Assembly (NCBI GenBank): GCA_039027015.1
Contig: JBCCLG010000002.1
Span: forward strand, 1 to 40,859
Origin: Acidobacteriota bacterium
GTDB lineage: Bacteria; Acidobacteriota; Thermoanaerobaculia; Multivoradales; J023
Direction of reading: 5' to 3'
Length of the DNA stretch: 40,859 nt
How positions within the stretch are numbered: position 1 is the first letter of the stretch; each line of letters starts with the position of its first letter. The position numbers and the translations under genes were made by a program. The notes under the pieces were generated by a model. It searched no databases, was not told the DNA's origin, and saw only the letters and a program-made list of their open reading frames with translations. This document shows, one piece after another, positions 30,098 to 39,234 of the stretch.

Positions 30098-30152
30098 CCC
30101 GCCAGGATCCTGCGGCTTTGGCGGGTTGAGGCCCGCCAGGATCCTGCGGCTT
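30098..30152. repeat. 21-nt perfect direct repeat, 2 copies, 34-nt period
   Basis: cccgccaggatcctgcggctt at 30098-30118 and again at 30132-30152, read directly from the sequence. Confidence 0.9.
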
Positions 30153-30184
30153 AAGCCGCCGGTGCTCTCCTCGCGGCCCCCTCA

Positions 30185-30711
30185 GAACTCGCGCGGCCAA
30201 CCGACTGGATGCCGAAGTCCCCCAAAGGGGCGGGCTCTTCGCCACGCTGGGTCCGTCGACTCCCAGAGGGTCTCCCGCGTCGCCTTTCGCCTCCTACCCG
30301 AGTCCGTCTCCAAAGATGAGACCGCCGCGCTCAGACAAGCTTCGGGGGACCGCGAGGAGAGCATCCGGCTCCGGGTGACTGCAAACGCCAGCGCCTTGGA
30401 CTCGCGAGATCTCCTGATCCCTCGAGCTTTCCTTGGATAGGAAGCCTCAGGTGCTCCAGGGGGCTCATCGTCTCCTGGCTGAGCCGGCAGGTTCTCCTTC
30501 TGGGGTAAGGCTGCGACTCCTGGAGCGACCGAGAAGCCCGGGGGATCGAGCACGGGTCCGAGCCTGTTTGAGCGCGGCGGTCCCATCTCTGGAGTCGGGC
30601 GGGGCATTCTGATGATCCCGCGAGACCGCACGATTCGAGGTGGACTCGAAGCGGAGAGGAATCCACCTCCTCGGCGGTCTCCAGCGTCGAGTCGGTTGGC
30701 CGCGCGAGTTC
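30185..30711. repeat. 527-bp imperfect palindrome (two diverged copies of a unit of about 260 nt in inverted orientation)
   Basis: A 22-nt perfect inverted repeat: gaactcgcgcggccaaccgact at 30185-30206 against its complement at 30690-30711. A second pair, 30306-30340 against 30562-30596, has a 14-nt perfect core (gaccgccgcgctca). A third weaker pair is gctccgggtgactgca against tgcgactcctggagc. All share a symmetry centre near 30448-30451. No credible ORF. Confidence 0.75.
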
Positions 30712-30813
30712 GAGGACCCGCGCGCAGACCCCCGGGCGCCGCAGCGGAAGGCGGTTCAGCAGCACCCGCCGAGCACGAACGACCCGCCAGGGCATAACCG
30801 ACCCGGTCAAACC

Positions 30814-31911
30814 TCAGATCGCCGAGCCCACCGAAGCCTCGTCGCGCAGCCGCTCCGCCTGAAAGTGCTGGGTCAAAGGCTCGATCACCGGATCGAGAGT
30901 GCCCTGCAGAATGGCCTGAAGCTGATGAACGGTCAGGCCGATGCGATGGTCGGTCACCCGATTCTGCGGAAAGTTGTACGTGCGAATTTTCTCCGAGCGA
31001 TCGCCCGATCCCACCATCTTGCGACGCTCCGCGGACTGCTCGGCGTGCGCCTTCTCCTGCTCGGCCTGCAGCAGACGCGATTTGAGCACCCGCAGAGCCT
31101 TCGCCTTATTCTTGATCTGGCTGCGCTCGTCCTGGCAGCTGACCACCAAACCGGTGGGCAGGTGGGTGAGGCGCACGGCGCTGTAGGTGGTGTTGACCCC
31201 CTGACCGCCGGGCCCCGAAGCGCAGAAGCGGTCGACCCGCAGGTCTTTTTCCTCGACCTCGATCTCCACTTCCTCGGCCTCGGGCATCACGGCCACGGTC
31301 ACGGCCGACGTGTGGATGCGCCCCGAGGCTTCGGTTTGAGGCACCCGCTGCACTCGGTGCACGCCGCCCTCGAACTTCAGCCGGCTGAAGGCACCGCGCC
31401 CCTCGACGATGGCGTCGACCTCTTTGTAGCCGCCGACCTCGGACTCCGAGAGGCCCAGGATGTCGATCCTCCAGCCCTGGGCGTCGGCGTAGCGGCTGTA
31501 CATGCGAAACAGCTCCGAGGCGAAGAGGGTCGCCTCGTCGCCGCCGGTGCCGGCGCGAATCTCGAGCACCACGTTGCGCGAGTCGTTGGGATCCTTGGGA
31601 ATCAGCTCAACCCGGATCGCCTCCGCCAGCTCCTCGAGCTGGGCGTCGAGGGCGGCCTGCTCCTCGAGTGCGACGCCGTGCAGCTCGTCGTCCGGCGTCA
31701 GCTCGCTGAGCATCTCGGCCGTACCCTCCCGCTCCTCGTGCACCTTCTTAAAGCGTCCGAAGAGCTGGACCACGTCGTCGATCTCGGTGAGGGCCTTGTG
31801 GGCCTCGCGATAGCTCGCGGGGTCGGAGACCACCTCGGGATCGGCCATCCGGCGGGTCAGGTCGAGGTGAGTGGCCTCGAGCTGCTCTAGTTTTTTCAGC
31901 TGCTGCAGCAT
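30814..31911 (-). CDS. prfA: Peptide chain release factor 1
   Basis: GGQ motif (SGPGGQGVNTT), RVQRVPQTEASGRIHTSA (PxT-type RF1 recognition loop) and a typical RF1 N-terminus from MLQQLKKLEQ. A TTG at 31932 is an alternative start. Confidence 0.95.
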   Translation of the reverse strand: MLQQLKKLEQLEATHLDLTRRMADPEVVSDPASYREAHKALTEIDDVVQLFGRFKKVHEEREGTAEMLSELTPDDELHGVALEEQAALDAQLEELAEAIRVELIPKDPNDSRNVVLEIRAGTGGDEATLFASELFRMYSRYADAQGWRIDILGLSESEVGGYKEVDAIVEGRGAFSRLKFEGGVHRVQRVPQTEASGRIHTSAVTVAVMPEAEEVEIEVEEKDLRVDRFCASGPGGQGVNTTYSAVRLTHLPTGLVVSCQDERSQIKNKAKALRVLKSRLLQAEQEKAHAEQSAERRKMVGSGDRSEKIRTYNFPQNRVTDHRIGLTVHQLQAILQGTLDPVIEPLTQHFQAERLRDEASVGSAI

Positions 31912-32095
31912 GTTTGTATGGGGTTCCTTCAATCGCCGCGCGGACGAGACTCGAGTGAGAGAGCGGAAGATTCCTCATCTCTGCGCCTGAGGGTATTCAA
32001 CAGAGGCGGTGTCCCTCAGGCCGAGCAACGCCATTCTAGCTCCCGACATTCCCGCCGCCCGGTCCGCCGCTCCCGACCGGGATACAGTAACGGCT

Positions 32096-33331
32096 ATGGC
32101 TAAGAGTCTGGACGCGAGCGCGCCGGCCGTCTCGGCAGCTTTGGAGCTCCCGCCGCCCTCAGCGCGCCTCGACCGCTCGGGCACGATCCTCGAGCTGGAC
32201 GCCCACTGGGACGCGCGAATCGCCGCGGCGGGCCCCGAGCGGCTCTCGGGCGAGGCGCTGATCGGCCGCACCGTCTGGGACTTTCTCGACGCCGACCCGG
32301 CGAGGCGGGCCCTCTGGCGAGGCTTTCTCGAGGCGGCCACGAGCGCGGGCGCCTGTCCTCCTCCAGCGCCGACGGACTCCACCCTGCGGCGGCTGCGCCC
32401 GTGGCCGGCGGCGGGCGAGGGAGGCAACGCGGGCGTTTGGCTACGTCTGGACCTCGAGGCGCCCGGAAAGCCGCCGTGGCTTCATCGCCCTCTCTTTCAG
32501 GCGTGCGCCGGGCAGCTGACGGCGCTCAACAGCGCCGCCCGCGAACTCTCCCGCGGCTTGGGTGACGATGCGGGGCAAATCGAGGCTCGCCTCGCCGCGC
32601 GGCAGCCCGCCGCGCGCCTGGAGCCGGTGCCCGACCTGCGCCTCGACGACAGGCCCGTGCTCACGCCCCGCGCGCCCGCGCCCCACGACGTCGAGGCCTT
32701 CAGCATGCTCGCGCGCGCCGTGCGCTCGGCCCTGCACGATCTCTCCAACCCCCTCTCCGCCATGCGCATGATGACCGAGGTGCTGGTGCGCACCGAGGAG
32801 ACTGGCAGCGAGCGCGCCTCGACCCTGCGCGACCTCTCGACCTACCTCGACCAGTCGATCGCCGTGATCGCCGGCCTGCGCACCCTGGTACGCGCCGACT
32901 CGGCGGTCCAGGTGCTCGACGTGCGGCGCGAGCTGGAGGCGGTGGCGTCGCTGATCGGCTCGGACTTCCGCCGTCGCGAGCTCGACATCGAGATCGCCGC
33001 CGCCGACCCGGAAGACGCCCAGAGTCTGGTGGCGGGATCTGGCTCCTTCCGGCTGATCGCCCTCGCCGGACTCCTGATGAGCTGCGAGAGGGCGCAGCCC
33101 GGGGACACCCTGCGCCTTACCTATAGGGGCGGCCCCGCCGGCGTCCAGGAGATGAGCTGCGAAAACCTCGCACGCCCCGGGGCCGGTCCAGCAGGCGTCG
33201 AGGCCCTCGGGCGACCGGGCGCCGCGGCGCTGCTCGAGCAGCTGGTGGGCGCCTGCGACGGCAGGCTGAGCGTCGGGTCGGCCTCCGGGCCCGACTGGCG
33301 AATCCGCTTTGGCGACCCCGACGCCCTGTAG
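32096..33331 (+). CDS. Soluble PAS-like / HisKA protein with a poorly conserved ATPase region (orphan histidine-kinase-like)
   Basis: H-box LHDLSNPLSAM. An N-terminal PAS-like segment (LDRSGTILELDAHW...GRTVWDFL). The C-terminal roughly 120 aa lacks clear N, G1 and G2 boxes by eye. The start is uncertain (GTG at 32009 is the alternative). Confidence 0.6.
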   Translation: MAKSLDASAPAVSAALELPPPSARLDRSGTILELDAHWDARIAAAGPERLSGEALIGRTVWDFLDADPARRALWRGFLEAATSAGACPPPAPTDSTLRRLRPWPAAGEGGNAGVWLRLDLEAPGKPPWLHRPLFQACAGQLTALNSAARELSRGLGDDAGQIEARLAARQPAARLEPVPDLRLDDRPVLTPRAPAPHDVEAFSMLARAVRSALHDLSNPLSAMRMMTEVLVRTEETGSERASTLRDLSTYLDQSIAVIAGLRTLVRADSAVQVLDVRRELEAVASLIGSDFRRRELDIEIAAADPEDAQSLVAGSGSFRLIALAGLLMSCERAQPGDTLRLTYRGGPAGVQEMSCENLARPGAGPAGVEALGRPGAAALLEQLVGACDGRLSVGSASGPDWRIRFGDPDAL

Positions 33332-33355
33332 GCGGAAGATCCCGACGCCCGCTGC

Positions 33356-35863
33356 TCAGAAGGAGGTGCTGAGGCTGAAGTTGAAGGAGTCGAATTCGTC
33401 GTTGGGCAAGGGATCGAGGTTGCGCGCGTAAATGAACCGCAGGGGCGCGGGAAAAATCGGCACCCGGACCCGCAGCTCCACGCCGGCGCTGTAGCGCAGG
33501 AGATCCGGATCGATCGACTGAGCCGGCCCGAAGTCTCCGCGCGTATCGAAGACGCCGCCCACGTCGGTAAAGAGCACGGCGCGGAACGGCTTCCCGATCT
33601 GCACGTGATATTCCAGGTTGAGCTGGAATTTGGCGTTGCCGCCCGCCGGAAAGGCGCCGTCTCGCCGGAAGGAGCCGTCCTCGTTGCGCACCACAATGGA
33701 GCGCCGGCCGAAGCCGCGGATTGAATCGTCGCCGCCCAGAAAGAATCGCTGCTGGGGAAAAATCAGAGGATCTTCGGTGGTGGGGGTGCCCAGGGGCTCG
33801 AGGTAACCCAGCTCCAGGTTCAGCCCGAAGAACGAGCGAAAACGCTGCCGGCTCACCGGCTTGAACCAGGTCAGCTCAACCTGCGGCCGAATCAGCTGAG
33901 AATCACCGCCCAGAAAGCCGCCGGCCAGCTCCACGGAGGCCTGGGTGCGCAGACCGCGGGTGGGCTCAAAGCGGCTGTCCAGGGTATTGCGGATCCAGAA
34001 CGGGCGCAGGATCGAGGTCTTGAACACGTCCCGGGCCGTCAGGAGGTCCCCGGTTTCCGAGTCCACCAGGCTGCGCTGCCCGTCGACGTCCGAGAAGCTG
34101 TAGGTCAAGCTCAGGCTCTGGAAGCCGCGGAAGGAGCGGCCGTAGGTGAGAGACGCCCCGGTCGCGTCCTCCTGAATGCGATCGACATCGGTGATGTCGA
34201 TATCGGTCGAGACGCTAAAGACCCGCGCGCCCAGGGATTGGGGCCGGTCAAAGAGCCAGGGGATGCGGTACTCGAGGTCGTAGGATTCTCGGCGCCGTCC
34301 GGCCTGGATCGACGCGCCTAGGGTCTCACCGCGCCCCAGGAAGTTGGTGGTGCGCATGGAGAAGGAGCCAAAAAAATCGTCGACCTCGCTCCAGCCGCCG
34401 CCGAACTGCAGCTCGGTACGCTCCGCCTCCTCGCCGCGAATCAGGAGGTCGACCTCCTTGGTGTCGGCGTCGAAGTCAAAGCGCACGGGCTCCTCCTCGT
34501 CGAGGGCGAAATACTCCAGCTGCCGCACCTTGAGAAGGCTGCTGCGCACCGCGGTCATGCTCATCACCCGCCCCTCCTGCAGGAGCAGCTCGCGGCGCAG
34601 AACCTTGTCGAGGGTTTTTCTATTGCCCTCGAATTCGATGCGGCCGACCTTGAATTGATCGGCCTCGTCGACGCGCACGACAACGTGGGCCCGCGGCCTC
34701 CTCTCGGGCCCACCCTGGGCGGCCTCGGCCTCCACCACCTCGGCGTTTACGCGGGCAAAGATATAGCCCACCGAAGAGTAGAGATCGGAAATCGACTGCA
34801 CCGCCTCATCGACCCCCTTCTGCCTCAGCCAGCCGCCGCGCGGCCGCTCGAATTGGGCCAGCAGAAGCTCATCGGAAAAAACGCTGTTGCCCTCGATCGA
34901 AACCTCACCGAATTTCCAGCGCTCCCCCTCCTCGATCGGAATCGTGAGGCGCAGGCGGCGCTTCTGCTCGCTGGGGGTGGCCGCCTCGGGATTCTTCGAC
35001 ACGACGTCGATCTCGGGGCGCGCGATCTGCACGTCCTTATAGCCGGCGTCGCGGTAGAGCTCGCGCAGGCGGTCCAGATCCTCATCGAGGGTCGCCGGAT
35101 TATAGATATCGCTTTTGGTGAGGTTCGAAATCAAATTCGACTGCTTGGTGTCTTTCATGACCAGGCGCAGGCGCCAGTCGCCGTAAACCGTGTTGCCGTC
35201 GAATTCGATATCTCCGATCTTGACCTGATCTCCCGGATCGACCGAAAAAATCACTCTCTTCCGTCCGGCTCCCGCGTCTTCTAGAACCCACGAGGCTTCG
35301 GCGAATCGAAAACCTTTCTCTCCGTAAAAACCCTGGATCGCGTCCCGCAGCCGAGGCAGCTCGCCGCGCTTGAGGGGCTGTCCCTCGTAGACCTCGAGAC
35401 GCTCGGCGTCGATCAGGGTCTCGATCTCGCCGCGGTCCGCGCGGTCGAGGCCCTGGAACTCAATGCCGCTCAGTATGGGTCTCTCGACCAGTCGTATGGT
35501 CAATTGGACACCCCCGTCCACGGGCTCCGCGAGGACGGCGACGTCGTCGATCAGCTCGCGTTGCCACAGGGCCTCGATCCGCTCGTTGAGATCCTCCTCA
35601 TCGAGAGCGTAACCTTCGCCGCCCGACGCTCCAAAGAGGTAATAGAGCGCGGTTTCTCGCGACAGCGTCTCGAGGCCCTCGAGCGCAATACCCTGGATCT
35701 GTAGCCCCGCGTAGCGCCCTCCCTGGGCTTGACCGGGCGAGGGCAGAAGGCCCGCGGAGAGGACGAGCGCGAGGGCCAGGGCGAGGATCCGAGGGCGATC
35801 CCAGGGCCTGGACGCGGGTGCTGACGCGGGTGCCGGGCTCGTTCGGTGGGCTGAGCTGATCAT
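33356..35863 (-). CDS. bamA: Outer-membrane protein assembly factor BamA
   Basis: ATG at 35863 gives a signal peptide (ILALALALVLSAGLL). Repeated POTRA-like units are present (I.GI.FEGN, V.I.E.GE..K.G.I.F.GN). The C-terminal beta-barrel ends ...FNFSLSTSF. Confidence 0.9.
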   Translation of the reverse strand: MISSAHRTSPAPASAPASRPWDRPRILALALALVLSAGLLPSPGQAQGGRYAGLQIQGIALEGLETLSRETALYYLFGASGGEGYALDEEDLNERIEALWQRELIDDVAVLAEPVDGGVQLTIRLVERPILSGIEFQGLDRADRGEIETLIDAERLEVYEGQPLKRGELPRLRDAIQGFYGEKGFRFAEASWVLEDAGAGRKRVIFSVDPGDQVKIGDIEFDGNTVYGDWRLRLVMKDTKQSNLISNLTKSDIYNPATLDEDLDRLRELYRDAGYKDVQIARPEIDVVSKNPEAATPSEQKRRLRLTIPIEEGERWKFGEVSIEGNSVFSDELLLAQFERPRGGWLRQKGVDEAVQSISDLYSSVGYIFARVNAEVVEAEAAQGGPERRPRAHVVVRVDEADQFKVGRIEFEGNRKTLDKVLRRELLLQEGRVMSMTAVRSSLLKVRQLEYFALDEEEPVRFDFDADTKEVDLLIRGEEAERTELQFGGGWSEVDDFFGSFSMRTTNFLGRGETLGASIQAGRRRESYDLEYRIPWLFDRPQSLGARVFSVSTDIDITDVDRIQEDATGASLTYGRSFRGFQSLSLTYSFSDVDGQRSLVDSETGDLLTARDVFKTSILRPFWIRNTLDSRFEPTRGLRTQASVELAGGFLGGDSQLIRPQVELTWFKPVSRQRFRSFFGLNLELGYLEPLGTPTTEDPLIFPQQRFFLGGDDSIRGFGRRSIVVRNEDGSFRRDGAFPAGGNAKFQLNLEYHVQIGKPFRAVLFTDVGGVFDTRGDFGPAQSIDPDLLRYSAGVELRVRVPIFPAPLRFIYARNLDPLPNDEFDSFNFSLSTSF

Positions 35864-36088
35864 GGCGATTCTCGCTTCCTGTGCGGGTCTCTGGCGGTCG
35901 GGCGGAAGCTCCGGAGGCTTCCGGCCCGCAACCGGACTCGCAAGGCTGATGCCACCGTCCCCCAAGGCGGGGTTTCCGAACGCGCCTTGAGGCCTACGGT
36001 TCCTTGGATCTTTCAAAGCGCTGGATCCAAGCTCCTGAATTCGCTCCGCCGCCCGGGACGAAGGAAAGGTTCAAGGGGACGACGGATA

Positions 36089-36110
36089 TTGTTTCCGGTA
36101 CCGGACAAAA
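36089..36110. promoter_or_regulatory. Operator-like palindrome upstream of the TonB-dependent receptor gene
   Basis: ttGTTTCCGGTACCGGACAAaa has a perfect 10-bp core CCGGTACCGG with partially symmetric flanks (16/20). It sits in an unusually AT-rich stretch about 95 nt upstream of the ATG at 36203. Confidence 0.3.
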
Positions 36111-36202
36111 ACATTTTTTAGGTACGCCCCTTGCTCTGTCGAGAGATCGCTGGCGGCCTGCATTTCAGCGGCCGCTTTTCGTTCACTTTTTGAGGACAAA
36201 TC

Positions 36203-39130
36203 ATGCGAAGAACGAACGCTCGACGGACCCGACCTCTTGTTTTACTTCTATCAGCAGCACTCTTTCTGCTGGGCCTGCCCGCGGGCGCCCAGGAGCTGAC
36301 CGGCACCCTGCGCGGCGCGGTCAAGCTGCAGGACGGCAGCGCGGCGCCTCCGGGCGTGCTGGTGACCGCCACCTCTCCGGCGCTCATCGGGACCCGCACC
36401 ACCAACACCACCGACTCCGGCCAGTGGATCCTGCGCAACCTCGCCCCCGGCGATTACCAGGTGACCTTCGAGCTCGACGGCATGGCGACCACCCAAAGCG
36501 CCGCCACCGTGTCCCTCGGTCAATCGACGCCGGTCAACGTGACCCTCGGCGTGGCGGCGGAGTCCGAGACCATCGTGGTCTCGGGTGAGCTGCCCTCCGT
36601 TCTCGCCTCCTCCGAGGTATCCACCACCTACGGCTTCGAGGAGGTCAACAACCTGCCGATCGACCGCACCCCGGCAGAGATCGCCCAGCTCGCTCCGGGC
36701 CTGACCGACAACACCCCCAACGGTGGCCAGGTCACCATCTCCGGCGGCTTTGCCTACGACAACGTCTTCCTGATCGACGGCGTCGACGCCAACGACAACC
36801 TCTTTGGCAGCACCAACCCCGCGTTCATCGAAGACGCCATCGCCGACATCCAGGTCCTGACCTCCGGCATCTCCGCCGAGTATGGACGCTTCTCGGGCGG
36901 CGTGGTCAACGTGATCACCAAGTCCGGCGGCAATGAATTCACCGGCACCCTGCGCGCCGACCTCGAGAATGCGGACTGGCGGGAGACCACGCCGATCGAA
37001 GACTCGCGGGGCACGGAACTCGAGGACGACCTCTCGGAGACCTATTCCGCCACGCTGGGCGGCTACCTGATGCGCGATCGCCTCTGGTTCTTCGCCGCCG
37101 GCCGCGACGAGAGCACCAACAACGCCTCCGCCCTCTTCCGCACCGGCATTCCGCTCAACCGCGACGAGGAGGAGCAGCGTTACCAGGTCAAGGCGACCCT
37201 CAATCTCGTCGACAAGCACCAGATCCAGGGCACCTTCACCGACCGCGAAGAGAGCGAAGACACCATCGCCTTCTCGGCCAGCGCCACGCCCTCGACGGTG
37301 ACCACCCGCGATCTTCCGAGCCAGCTCAAGGTGCTGCGCTACAGCGGCATCCTCGGCGAGAGCGTCTTCGCCGAATTCCAGGCCTCCGAGAAAGAGTTTG
37401 GCTTTCGTCAGGCGCCCGCCACCGGCGTGGTCAGGGACCTGAGCCTCGATCCGGGCTTCGTGGGCAATACTCCCTTCCGGGATTTCTTCGGCAGCTTCAA
37501 CGGCCACTACAACGCGCCCTACTTCGACGGCACCGACCCCGAGGACCGCAACAACGAGCAGATCGCCGGCAGCACCTCGATCTTCCTCGACACCGCCAGC
37601 TTCGGCGGCCACGACATCAAGGTGGGTTTCGAGGATTTCTCGAGCTTCCGCACGGGCGGCAACTCGCAGTCCCCGACCGATTGGGTGCTCTCCTCCGACG
37701 TGGTGCGCGACGCCGCCGGAAACACCGTGGTCGACGCCAACGGCGAAGTGACCCCGGACTGGATTTCCGGCACGTCCCTGGCCCTCAACTGGCTGGCCAC
37801 CCGCGGCGCCGAGGTCGAGCTGCAAACCACCAGCTTCTACGTCAACGACCGCTGGCAGCTCAACGACAACTGGTCCTTCAACATCGGCCTTCGCTACGAG
37901 GACGTGAACGGCGAGACCAACTCGAACATCACCACGGTGGACACCAGCGCCTTCGTGCCGCGCCTCGGCGCGTCCTACGACGTGCGCGGCGACGGCAAGA
38001 TCCGCTTCGACGCCACCTTCTCGGAGTACGCCGGCAAGTACAGCGAGTCCCAATTCGCTCAGAACACCGACGTCGGCAACCCCGCCCTGCTCGGCTACGT
38101 CTACGAGGGGCCTCGGGGCCAGGGCTTCGACTTCGCTCCGGCCTACGACATCAACAACTACCGGGTTTTCCTGGTCAACGACGGCACCCAGAACGTGGTG
38201 GTCGACGAGGACATCAACTCGCCGGTCGTCGAGGAGATCACTCTCTCTGCGGGCGTCGAGCTGGCGCGCGGCGGCTTTCTCAAGGCCGTCTACACGGACC
38301 GCTCCTACTCGGACTTCGTAGAGGACTTCAACACCCCCGAGGCGGGCTCAACCGAGGTGGTGGTCGAGGGCAACCCCGCCGGCACCTTCAACAACACCTT
38401 CATCACCAACAGCAATCTGCCGAGCCGCGACTACAAAGCGATTCAGCTGATCGGGCGCTACCGCCTGGGCGATAACTGGACCCTCGACGGGAACTACACC
38501 TTCCAGATTGAGAACGAGGGTAACTTCGAGGGCGAGGGCACCAACACGCCCGGCATCTCCTCGGTGCTCGGCGACTACCCGGAGATCCGCTCGGAAAGCC
38601 GCCACTTCCCGGTGGGAGCGCTCAACGACTTCGCGGAGAGCAAGCTGCGGGTGTGGACCAACTACAGCCTGGGTCTTGGCCGAGCCGGCAGCCTCAACTT
38701 CGCCCTGCTCGCCAATTGGGACAGCGGTCGCACCTTCTCCGCGACCGACAGCGTCTCGCTTTCCGCCATCCAGAACGCGCTGATCGCCGCCAACTACGAC
38801 GGCCCCGGACCCGCCAACCAGACGGTTTTCTTCGAAGGACGCGGCAACGTCGAGTTCGACGACAGCCTGACCTTCGATCTCGGCGTCAACTATCAGCTGC
38901 CGATCGCCAGCGACTTCGAGCTGTGGATCAAAGCCGACGTGATCAACATCTTCAACGATGACACCCAGATCGCCGGCGACACCAACGTCGACGCCGACAC
39001 CGACGGGCCCGTGGACGCGCTGGGCATTCCGCTCAACTTCACGACCCCGACCGCCTTCCTGAGCGGCCGCAACAACGGCGACTTCGTCGAGCCGTTCGAG
39101 TATCGGTTCACGGTCGGCTTCCGCTTCTGA
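36203..39130 (+). CDS. Oar-like TonB-dependent outer-membrane receptor with an N-terminal carboxypeptidase-regulatory-like domain
   Basis: Signal peptide. LRGAVKLQDGSAAPPGVLVTATSP...DSGQWILRNLAPGDYQVTFE is a CarboxypepD_reg-like domain. The plug region has IEDAIADIQVLTSGISAEYGRFSGGVVNVITKSG. The C-terminus is beta-barrel-like and ends FTVGFRF. Confidence 0.9.
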   Translation: MRRTNARRTRPLVLLLSAALFLLGLPAGAQELTGTLRGAVKLQDGSAAPPGVLVTATSPALIGTRTTNTTDSGQWILRNLAPGDYQVTFELDGMATTQSAATVSLGQSTPVNVTLGVAAESETIVVSGELPSVLASSEVSTTYGFEEVNNLPIDRTPAEIAQLAPGLTDNTPNGGQVTISGGFAYDNVFLIDGVDANDNLFGSTNPAFIEDAIADIQVLTSGISAEYGRFSGGVVNVITKSGGNEFTGTLRADLENADWRETTPIEDSRGTELEDDLSETYSATLGGYLMRDRLWFFAAGRDESTNNASALFRTGIPLNRDEEEQRYQVKATLNLVDKHQIQGTFTDREESEDTIAFSASATPSTVTTRDLPSQLKVLRYSGILGESVFAEFQASEKEFGFRQAPATGVVRDLSLDPGFVGNTPFRDFFGSFNGHYNAPYFDGTDPEDRNNEQIAGSTSIFLDTASFGGHDIKVGFEDFSSFRTGGNSQSPTDWVLSSDVVRDAAGNTVVDANGEVTPDWISGTSLALNWLATRGAEVELQTTSFYVNDRWQLNDNWSFNIGLRYEDVNGETNSNITTVDTSAFVPRLGASYDVRGDGKIRFDATFSEYAGKYSESQFAQNTDVGNPALLGYVYEGPRGQGFDFAPAYDINNYRVFLVNDGTQNVVVDEDINSPVVEEITLSAGVELARGGFLKAVYTDRSYSDFVEDFNTPEAGSTEVVVEGNPAGTFNNTFITNSNLPSRDYKAIQLIGRYRLGDNWTLDGNYTFQIENEGNFEGEGTNTPGISSVLGDYPEIRSESRHFPVGALNDFAESKLRVWTNYSLGLGRAGSLNFALLANWDSGRTFSATDSVSLSAIQNALIAANYDGPGPANQTVFFEGRGNVEFDDSLTFDLGVNYQLPIASDFELWIKADVINIFNDDTQIAGDTNVDADTDGPVDALGIPLNFTTPTAFLSGRNNGDFVEPFEYRFTVGFRF

Positions 39131-39176
39131 TTCTCAGACGGACCACTCGGCGCGCCCGCGAGGCGAGCCACAGCTC

Positions 39177-39206
39177 AAAGGGGCGGCTTCGGCCGCCCCT
39201 TTTTCG
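39177..39206. terminator. Rho-independent terminator between convergent genes (bidirectional architecture)
   Basis: AAAGGGGCGGC-ttcg-GCCGCCCCTTT followed by TTTCG. It lies 47 nt after the TBDR stop and 29 nt after the kef stop on the other strand. Confidence 0.75.
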
Positions 39207-39234
39207 CGCGCGCGAAGCCCCGCTCGCGCCCGCC

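Noticed and set aside
30098-30152. Whether the 21-nt direct repeats could be a CRISPR array.
   Set aside because: There are only two copies, the repeat is short, the spacer is 13 nt, and no cas genes are in the window. This is not a CRISPR.
31290-31340. The RF1 recognition tripeptide reads PQT rather than the textbook PAT or PVT.
   Set aside because: The motif is generally defined as PxT with a variable middle residue. The rest of the protein is a standard RF1 with GGQ. On its face this is not evidence for altered stop-codon specificity.
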